A stretch of 20,895 bases of DNA from IMG/VR virus record IMGVR_UViG_3300037453_000505; one strand, 5' to 3'. The notes under the pieces were generated by a model that made no database searches, was not told the DNA's origin, and worked only from the letters and a program-made list of their open reading frames with translations. Position numbers and translations under genes: made by a program. How positions within the stretch are numbered: the stretch's first letter is position 1; the number at the start of each line of letters is the position of its first letter. Shown here one piece after another: positions 12,954 through 20,241 of the stretch. This stretch comes from a virus. Its lineage: Duplodnaviria; Heunggongvirae; Uroviricota; Caudoviricetes.

Positions 12954-13070
12954 AATAAGAGACGAAAACCCCGGTAAATTGCGCTACATAGAGTCGAGGC
13001 TGTGTAAACGCAATCTAATTCTATGTAGCACCTCGACAACAATTTGTCGGGGTTTTTGTTTACTCTTATT
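12954..13070 (+). ncRNA. Structured 5' leader RNA upstream of primase-helicase
   Basis: Outer stems AATAAGAG/CTCTTATT and AAAACCCCGGTAAATTG/CAATTTGTCGGGGTTTT (two G-U pairs on + strand). They enclose crossing helices GCTACATAGA/TCTATGTAGC and GTCGAGG/CCTCGAC. Confidence 0.6.
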
Positions 13071-13121
13071 ATTTCCGTATAAACGAATACTACCTTTTAC
13101 CCCCATTACCCGGAAAACAAA

Positions 13122-14915
13122 ATGACCAACATCCAATTAGAAATGATGAGAGAGAAGTACCCCCATTTCGAAGAATGTACTATCCAATTATTCGATGATA
13201 CGAAACAATGAAGAGATTTAGCTAGAAAGATTGACCAAAGAAAATTTGATAAGGATAAACTAGAGATGTGATTGGAAAAGTATAACGAAATGTGAGCAGG
13301 GGTATTTTTTTCTATAAACTCAATGAACCCTTGAGAAAGGGATAAAGCTAATGTCACAAGAGTAAATGCTTGGGCTTGTGAAGTGGATAACCTTAGCAAG
13401 GAAGACCAACTAAAATTAATTTCAGTTGCTCCTATAGCTCCAAGCTTAGTAATAGAAAGCAATAAAAGTTTCCATATGTATCGGTTTGCTGAAGATTGAA
13501 CGATAGAGAATCGGACAAAGGTATGTCGATGACTTAGAAATTTTTTCGGCTGAGACCCAGCTATAGCAAGTGATATTAGTAGAGTATTACGTGTTCCAGG
13601 GTATAACCATATGAAAGATAAAAATAATCCATTTATGTGTGAAATTGTAGATGGTAATTGAGAATATCATAAAGAAGAAGATATGCTAAAAGCATTTCCT
13701 GATACAGAGACTTTAGCTGATAAAGAAGCTAGAGCTATAAAGAAAGAACAACAAATAAAACAAGCTATTTGAAATGATGATACTTGGGATAGAATTAGGG
13801 CTATGGACTCCAAAGCAATGCTTGAAAAGCTTAGCTGAACTAATCTAGTATGATGAGATATTATTACATTTAGGCACAATTCAAATTGAACTGAACAAAT
13901 ATTCTGTAATTGAAAATCTACAGGATGTCGAATAGATAAGATGTGAAAGATTTGAAGCACAGATAAAGGTGGCCCAAATTGGACTAATTGGATAGCTTGG
14001 TATGGGTGAGTAGATTGGAAGGAAATATATAAATGGATTAAAGATGAATTCCCATTTGTGTTACCAGAGAAAAAAGAGGAAGTAGTACCCTGAGAAATTT
14101 CAGAAGAGGAAATTGAGAAATGAAGTAAGCTAATTATAGGATGAGAGAAAAAATGATTTCTATATCCATCAGATAAATTCAATGAGTTTGAGTGATTTAT
14201 GTCTTGAGATTTAGTTACAATTATTGCCCCAAGTAATAGTGGTAAGACAACTTTGGCCCTAGATATAATAAAAAGGAATGCTAAGTTAGGGAGAAAATGA
14301 ATGTATATTAACCTTGAATTTGAGATTGCTACAGTGCCTAGGGGTAGGTGGATGTGGGCACATTGAAAAAATAAAATGGACTTAACAGATTTAGGAACTA
14401 TGACAGACGAAGAAAAAGCTGATATGGATAAGTACATAAAAGACTATCTATCTGAATTTGATTATTACAATAATCCTAATGGACTAGAGTTAGATAAGTT
14501 AGTAAGCTTAATAAGGAAGAAGGCAGAAGAAGGTTATGAGTTATTTGTGATAGATACATTCTCTAAAATTCTATGAAACTTAAATAGCCAAACTGCTAGA
14601 ACAAATCAAAATAAGTGTATGGAAGTATTTCAATCTTTGGTGCAGGAATTAAATATCGCTGTTGTAATGCTCCACCATACAAATAGGCAAGGTACTCGAG
14701 AATGAAGCCAAAAGATTATGGACCTATCAAATGTATTCATAACTATAGAAAAGTCTGACGATGGAACTTGAATTCCATCTAGAATTTATAAACTAATGAA
14801 AGATAAGTATACACCAGATAAAGAAATTGAGCTACGATACAATGTAAAGACTTGAGAGTATTTAAGTAGTATAGATGAAGTGCTTAAAGCTCAGAGAGAG
14901 AATAAAATGTTTTAG
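13122..14915 (+). CDS. RepB-type (AEP superfamily) primase fused to DnaB-like SF4 helicase (597 aa)
   Basis: Primase motifs AWACEVD, PSLVIESNKSFHMY[CGG=W], GGDPA and DISRVLRVPGYNHMK. Helicase motifs LVTIIAPSNSGKTT (Walker A 14226-14249), MYINLE, LFVIDTFS and VVMLHHTNR. Contains track ORF 14376-14576; ends at TAG. Confidence 0.9.
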
Positions 14916-14933
14916 CCCCTATTTATTATCATT

Positions 14934-16064
14934 ATGGACGACTATGTACAACAAAGAACAGAGAATAATGCAGGGCTAATCTACAAGGCCGATTTTTACC
15001 CAATCTACACACAACGATTTGGAAAGTGATTGTGTGTGGAAGAATTGCTTATTCTTAGCTTCGTATATTATTGGACTAAAAATTGAAACTATATCTATGC
15101 TACAAACGATGACCTAGTTGAATTAACCTGAACTAGTTCTGCAACAGTAAAAAGAATGTTAAAAAAGTTAATCGATTTATGATACATCGAAGTTGTAACA
15201 AAAACTATCGTTTGAATGGGTACAGATAGAAGAATGAAATATGTCTGAAATTCTGACGGAAGGCTCAAAATGAGCTCTCCGATAGAATCAAGTTCAGAAG
15301 CTGAATCTGACGGAAGGCTCAAAATGAGCTCTCCGAAGAAAGATAGTTCTAAAGCTGAAAGTACCGGAAGGCTCAAAATGAGCCGTCCGTGAGGTAAAAA
15401 TAAGTTTCTTGGTAGTACCTTGCAAAAAGGTCAAAAAAATTGAGAAAACCCAGTTCCGCCGGAAGGCTCAAAATGAGCTGCATATAAGAATATATATAAA
15501 AAGAATATATTATTTACGGAAGAAAATTTTGATGTCTCTAACGAGCCATCAGCACAGCCTGACGTACAATCTACTGAACTAGATAATGAGTTTATGTTTA
15601 ATGACGGTAGCATTGAGTATTACACAAAACTAACACTACAACAATCTAGTCTAGAAGATGTTACTAATATACTGCGGCCATTATTTCCACACCCACGTTG
15701 ATATAAGGGCGCTAAAAAAGATGTAACCAAAGCTCTTAAACAACATACATTAGACCAGTCGTTTGTATATGGGCTAATCTACGATATGAAGTTATTATGA
15801 TTTCTATGTGAATATAATCTAGTTAGACGACCAGGGTTTATGTGGCAGTGGGTAGATACATATGTACCTTATACAGATAAACAGAGAGACGAAGACTTAA
15901 CTAGAATAGTCACATATATAAAAAGAAACAACCAAGATAAATCTCTCTTTGAGAAAAGAGTAGCAGATGTAATTAAGCTTTGTGGCCTAGAAAAATATCG
16001 TAAGGTGTTCAGAAGTATCCCTGCAAATAGGGAAGATACTGTAGATTTATCACAGATTAAATAG
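14934..16064 (+). CDS. Phage replication initiator (N-terminal winged HTH, lambda O-like organisation; 376 aa)
   Basis: HTH-like YATNDDLVELTGTSSATVKRMLKKLIDLGYIEV, central iteron-encoded linker, and C-terminal domain starting IL[CGG=W]PLFPHPR. In frame with track ORF 15840-16064. Confidence 0.85.
15257..15516 (+). repeat. Probable replication origin: four 19-bp iterons plus AT-rich unwinding element
   Basis: CGGAAGGCTCAAAATGAGC exact at 15257, 15311, 15365 and 15460, each with an internal palindrome GCTCA-AAA-TGAGC. An AT-rich tract follows at 15481-15516, inside the initiator gene. Confidence 0.85.
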
Positions 16065-16248
16065 GGGAGTCGTTTAACGAAGGGCCTTTAAGAAAGGTCT
16101 AGCCTAACTTCTTAAAAAGGGTCCCCCGTTTTCTAAAGTTATCCCTTCTTAAAAATTAGTTCACTGTTTTAGTGAACTTCGTTTCCTCATTCGCTTCGCT
16201 CATTGAGTGAACTTTTTTTGATGGCTATTTTTTTTTGCGAAAGAGACC

Positions 16249-16340
16249 TTTTTTTGATGTTCCTTAAGAAGGAGATTATCTTTTTTTGATGTTCCTTAAT
16301 GTGGAGAACCTTTTTTTATATTCCTTATTATGGAGATAAC
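16249..16340 (+). repeat. Three imperfect ~30-bp tandem repeats T7-GATGTTCCTTA-N4-GGAGA
   Basis: Units 16249-16280, 16281-16310 and 16311-16340; a degenerate unit precedes them at 16213-16248. Confidence 0.75.
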
Positions 16341-16511
16341 ACCCCAACAAAAAGTCACAACGGGGGTGCTTGGGTGCTCTGCTCCGCCTTTTTACCATTC
16401 AGAAAAATTTATATTCAGAAATATTTTTATTTTATAAAAAAAGTATTATAAAAAATTGTTTTTCCTAGTTTATACCTAGAAAAAAACCCATTCAAAAAAG
16501 TCAAAAATTAT

Positions 16512-16540
16512 TTGACTTTTATATATATAAAATATATACT
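16512..16540 (+). promoter_or_regulatory. Near-consensus sigma70 promoter
   Basis: TTGACT, 17 nt, TATACT, with A-tracts upstream; 55 nt before ATG 16596. Confidence 0.7.
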
Positions 16541-16595
16541 TAGTTTATGGGTATTTATAAAAAACCCGCCTTTTATCTTTTTATACTATACAAGT

Positions 16596-17495
16596 ATGAA
16601 AAAAACGGAAAAAGCCAGTGCTGAGGCTAGAAAACAGCAAACAGCTTTTGAAAACATCAGTTCAGAAGCTACATTCCAGAAATTTTTAATGGAATGACAA
16701 GTTTATAACTGAAAAAAGTTATGAGCTTGACTAGAAACCTTAGTTGAGGAGGGTGATATCTCAACGGAGCAATTCAAAAATCTAGTTGAAAAGCTAGAAA
16801 AACAAAAAGAAAATTTTGAAAGGGTAAGTAAACTCTTCAAAACAGAACACAAACAAAAAGAAAAGCTAGGTAGTAAGCTAGAAAAGTTTAATCTCTATGA
16901 AGAAAAACTAGACGAAGTGCCAGAAAATCTATTGGCTATCTATCAAAATCAGTTATATGACCTAGCAAAACCCGAAGTCAGTCTGGAAAAATTCGCTTGT
17001 GAACTAACCTTCTATGATTTCTTTATGAGAATTGTCAGGTGAGAACCTGTAAATATTCACCTGATACCTTATAAGAATCTTCAGAACCTAGTTCAGACCT
17101 GTAAAGCCTTCGTTGCCTTCGAAGAAACATCAGTTGAGAACTCTGAAAATGAAAAACCTATGCGTAAAAGTAGAGTTTTCAAGCAAGTTTTGGGAACTGA
17201 ATCAACGCCAAATTCAAAAAATTACGAGCAGAACCTAATTCAGAACTTGACTTTCAAGCGAATACTTGAAGAAATGGAGCTTCTGGACTGAGTTAAACTA
17301 AAGGAACTCAAAGAAAACCTAGACTCTATCGAGTATCTAGCAGACCAATACAGAGAAATGATAGTTGAGAACTGACTTTCTGTAAAGGAACAAAAAGAAC
17401 AGATAAAAGAATATCAAAAAGCAAGGAAGAAAATCACAGACAGGAACTTGAAAATCAGATACGACCTATCAAAAAAGTATGGTTATCTCTGCTAA
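16596..17495 (+). CDS. 299-aa Glu/Lys-rich helical hypothetical protein
   Basis: ATG 16596 (MKKTEKASAEARKQQ...) to TAA 17493-17495 with TGA=Gly; has its own promoter and terminator. Confidence 0.85.
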
Positions 17496-17512
17496 TTCTC
17501 AAAACTAAACTG

Positions 17513-17546
17513 AAAAAGCCTAGACTCTGTCTAGGTTTTTTCTTTT
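17513..17546 (+). terminator. Rho-independent terminator (possibly bidirectional)
   Basis: AAAAAGCCTAGAC-TCT-GTCTAGGTTTTTTCTTTT directly after the 17495 stop. Confidence 0.85.
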
Positions 17547-17840
17547 ATAAAAAAAAGTATCACTAAAATTTATATAAAAAGATATATAAATATAAACATA
17601 TAAAAAAATATTTATAAAAAAAAGTATCACTAAAAAAGATATAAAAAGATATATAAATATATAAATATATTTTTATATAAATTTATAAAAAAAAAGTATC
17701 ACTAAAATTTATATAAAAAGATATATAAATATAAACATATAAAAAATAAAAAAAAGTATCACTAAAATTTATATAAAAAGATATATAAATATATAAATAT
17801 ATTTTTATATATATATTTTTATATATAAAAAAATATTTTT
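17544..17840. repeat. AT-rich array of four ~60-72-bp direct repeats with core AAAAAAAGTATCACTAAAA
   Basis: GTATCAC at 17557, 17624, 17696 and 17756, each followed by AAAAGATATATAAATATAAA. A related TTTATAAAAAAAGTAT lies at 16431-16446. Confidence 0.85.
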
Positions 17841-17861
17841 TATTTGTATAACTTTAATCAA

Positions 17862-18023
17862 ATGCCAGAGATTGAAAAACTACAAAAAGAATACGAGCTT
17901 TATAAAAAGGTTCGTAAAACACAAAAGTTCGGTGCCAGCTTTAAGGCTTGGGCTAATTGCTTTAGAAAACACCCACCTAAAAATTGGGCTGATTTACAGT
18001 ATAACAAGTTTTTATACTGTTAA
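17862..18023 (+). CDS. 53-aa basic hypothetical protein
   Basis: MPEIEKLQKEYELYKKVRKTQKFGASFKAWANCFRKHPPKNWADLQYNKFLYC; preceded by the TTTTAT leader seen before other genes. Confidence 0.65.
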   Translation: MPEIEKLQKEYELYKKVRKTQKFGASFKAWANCFRKHPPKNWADLQYNKFLYC

Positions 18024-18040
18024 CAATGCTTAATCGATTA

Positions 18041-18209
18041 AGGAATGAAAGCGAATGAATTAGGACAGTTATAGTTCGCAAGTAGTTCTACCACATAAAT
18101 AAGATGAACTGTCCTAGCTATGTCGTTAAGAACCCTAAAGGTTTTTGATGGCGGTTTTACACACACGGAGGACAGTTTTGAAAGGGGGCTGTTCGCTTTT
18201 TTATATTCC
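18041..18209 (+). ncRNA. Multi-stem structured RNA / attenuator-like leader upstream of muramidase
   Basis: Stems TAGGACAGTT/AACTGTCCTA, GTCGTTAAGAACC/GGTTTTTGATGGC (G-U rich) and GGACAGTTTT-GAAA-GGGGGCTGTTC followed by a U-tract; closing pair AAAGCGAA/TTCGCTTT. Confidence 0.55.
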
Positions 18210-18220
18210 CTAAAAAGAAA

Positions 18221-18907
18221 ATGGAACAAACAAAACTAGAACAGCTTAAAGATAGGGTTATGCCTTATATAGTTTGAGCTGTTGTTTGACTTGGTAGTGT
18301 TGGAGTTCTTGCTTTAGGCATTGCAGAGAACACTGTGAATGCTTTAGAAAGTAATCCAACTCAGCAAGAATGGTATCCTTGAATGGTGGACGCTAGTTGA
18401 GTAGGTCAATTCATTCCAGAATTGAAATGAAAAACCTCGCACGATAAGTTCAAGGAACTCTGTCAGTTGTATGGACTAGATGCCAGTAAGATTTGGGAAC
18501 TAGAAAGCAAATACAATTTGAGAGAGTGAGTTCTCTTAGCTGTCTTAATCGCTGAGACAAGCGGTGGGAACAATTGAAACTATGTAGATGAAGGCTGTTA
18601 TAACCTATGAAATGTGGGGAATAATGACAGTTGAAATCGTGTATGTTTCGAATGAAAACGAGAGAGCATAGAACAAGCAGCAATAACATTGAATAATAAA
18701 TACTTATGAAATGTTTTAACGCTTGGGTGCTTGTCGAATGCTTGAAGCTGTGTCAGATATTTTGATAGGGGTTATCGTTATGCGACTAGTCCAGATAATT
18801 GGGAGAGAACGATAACAAATGTAATGAATAGAATTTATTGAGATGAGCTAGGACAGATTGAGCCTAGCAAGTTTTCGGTTAGGAGAGATTTTATTTCTTT
18901 ACAATAG
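18221..18907 (+). CDS. Lysozyme-fold peptidoglycan hydrolase (glucosaminidase/GH73-like) with N-terminal membrane anchor (228 aa)
   Basis: Hydrophobic YIVGAVVGLGSVGVLALGIA; catalytic helix LLAVLIAETSGG (Glu codon 18554-18556), YNLGNV, and RYATSPDNW motif typical of GH73. Confidence 0.8.
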
Positions 18908-18912
18908 AACAA

Positions 18913-19050
18913 ATGCCAGCAATTAATGATTGGAGTGATGTACTTGCTTTGTGATTAACAATTTTGATAGTGCTTTTTGCTATCTTTCTTATAGTAGGAA
19001 CATTAGCTTTTATATTTGGTGATGATGACGAAAATGAAAAGACAAACTAG
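18913..19050 (+). CDS. 45-aa single-pass membrane protein
   Basis: MPAINDWSDVLALGLTILIVLFAIFLIVGTLAFIFGDDDENEKTN; starts 5 nt after the muramidase stop. Confidence 0.7.
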
Positions 19051-19261
19051 CTATGCTACCCTTGTCTGACTGATAGAACAGTATAGAAAGGGAGTGGGAA
19101 AGTTTTTAACAGCTTTCGATTATTACATTGATTTCTGTGAGAACAGAAAGATATATGATTTGCCAGATGAGTTCACTAAAGTTGTAGTGAATGGAACAGA
19201 TGAAGAACTAGAAGAACGAATGAGAATAAATGTAGAGAATGCTGTTAGTTATTACGACTAA
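19034..19261 (+). CDS. 75-aa hypothetical protein
   Basis: MKRQTSYATLVGLIEQYRKGVGKFLTAFDYYIDFCENRKIYDLPDEF...; overlaps the previous gene by 17 nt and ends at TAA. Confidence 0.7.
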
Positions 19262-19288
19262 GTATTTTATTTCTTATTTATATAACTA

Positions 19289-19498
19289 ATGAGAATACCA
19301 CTTACAAATCAAACAGCTACAACAAATGTAGCTTGCTCGGAGGAGGAACTCAAAAAGGAAAACGAGAGAGCTTTTATTAAAAGCTGTCTTGCTTGTATGA
19401 GCGCAGAAGACATTGTAAAAATGTTGCTAGAATTAGGAATTGAAGATGAGGTTTATAATGAGATTGACTATTACGATGATTATTGATATGAAGATTAG
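19289..19498 (+). CDS. 69-aa acidic hypothetical protein
   Basis: Track ORF 19289-19486 extended through TGA (GYED) to TAG 19496-19498. Confidence 0.75.
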
Positions 19499-19796
19499 AT
19501 AACATTGGCTTTTATATTCTAACTAGATAATGGCTATGTTTAACCTAAAGAACACGATAACAAAAGTTCAAGATTACAGCAAGAACTGATTAGAAATAAA
19601 ACTTTCTGAAATCAAGAACGAAAAAGAACAGACAATGTATCATTTGACAATCACTTATGATAACAATGTGGCTGTTGATATGAGCTTTCAATATCAGTCT
19701 AGTGCAGAATATTATATTATGGGCTTCACTAGATGATATGAATTTTGATACTCGGAATGAGAAGAAGATTGATATAAATATAGATAACATTGGCTT
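19496..19796 (+). repeat. 16-bp direct repeat TAGATAACATTGGCTT flanking the 85-aa gene
   Basis: Exact copies at 19496-19511 and 19781-19796, each overlapping a stop codon. Confidence 0.8.
19530..19787 (+). CDS. 85-aa hypothetical protein with C-terminal GxxxG repeats
   Basis: MAMFNLKNTITKVQDYSKNGLEIKLSEIK...MGFTRGYEFGYSEGEEDGYKYR; TGA at 19734, 19746, 19758 and 19770 (every 4th codon). Confidence 0.75.
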
Positions 19797-19797
19797 G

Positions 19798-19844
19798 AAT
19801 AACGGTAGTAAATTGCTATCGTTATTATAACCCGTGTTGTCGGG
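19798..19844 (+). other. Intergenic hairpin pair upstream of the ubiquitin-like gene
   Basis: AATAACGGTAGTA-AAT-TGCTATCGTTATT (G-U pairs on + strand), then CCCG-TGTTGT-CGGG. Confidence 0.45.
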
Positions 19845-19870
19845 AATTTTATTTTAATAATGTGTTAGAA

Positions 19871-20107
19871 ATGAGAGTTGAAAACACAAATGCTTCTACT
19901 ATTAGAGTAGAAATCAAACAAATGGGAACACCATTTGGAACAACAATTGAATTGCCTGTTGATAGCACTGTAAGAGATGCTAAAATCAAGGCAGGGATTT
20001 CATCTGATGCAGACGTTAGATATAACGGAGACATCGCACCAGATAACGCTATCTTAGATGACGGAGACACTCTCGTTGTTCAAGCTAGCAAATATACTCA
20101 AGGTTAG
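19871..20107 (+). CDS. Ubiquitin-like / ThiS-MoaD beta-grasp protein (78 aa) ending in Gly
   Basis: IRVEIKQMG..GTTIELPVDSTVRDAKIKAGI..DVRYNG..DNAILDDGDTLVV..KYTQG*: beta-grasp pattern (STVxD helix start, NG, LxDGDxL) and free C-terminal Gly. Alternative GTG start at 19862. Confidence 0.8.
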   Translation: MRVENTNASTIRVEIKQMGTPFGTTIELPVDSTVRDAKIKAGISSDADVRYNGDIAPDNAILDDGDTLVVQASKYTQG

Positions 20108-20148
20108 TTAGTGTCTAAATGTTTGTCGGCAAACAAAAGGCACTGACA

Positions 20149-20211
20149 ACAAGTAGTATTTAGAAAAGGCCGCTCACTCTGGCGAGTGGTCTTTTTTATA
20201 ATGCTATTTGT
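20149..20211 (+). terminator. Long hairpin containing a terminator-like stem
   Basis: AAAAGGCCGCTC-ACTCTGGC-GAGTGGTCTTTTTT (20164-20197), extended by ACAAGTAGTATT/AATGCTATTTGT. Preceded by a second hairpin AGTGTCT..TGTTTG-TCGG-CAAACA..AGGCACT (20110-20144). Confidence 0.65.
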
Positions 20212-20241
20212 ATAGCAGATTTATTTCTTTATATTGCAGCT

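Noticed and set aside
15257..15478. Mini CRISPR array (palindromic repeats with ~35-nt gaps)
   Set aside because: Repeats are 19 bp, lie in an open reading frame, have gaps similar to each other and unevenly sized, and no cas genes are present; iterons fit better.
16063..16128. tRNA gene (5' end GGGGAGTCGTTTAACG looks tRNA-like)
   Set aside because: No TTCRA T-loop, no 7-nt anticodon loop and no CCA; at most a degenerate or unrelated fold. tRNAscan-SE/ARAGORN would settle it.
16512..16595. TTG start at 16512 from the ORF track
   Set aside because: That TTG is the -35 box of the promoter; ATG 16596 is the plausible start.
17544..17840. CRISPR array in the AT-rich repeats
   Set aside because: Intervening sequences are themselves repeated, not unique spacers.
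13106..20070. Minus-strand track ORFs (13106, 13667, 15095, 15431, 18038, 18450, 19590, 19849)
   Set aside because: Antisense to plus-strand genes with recognisable motifs or to a structured intergenic region.
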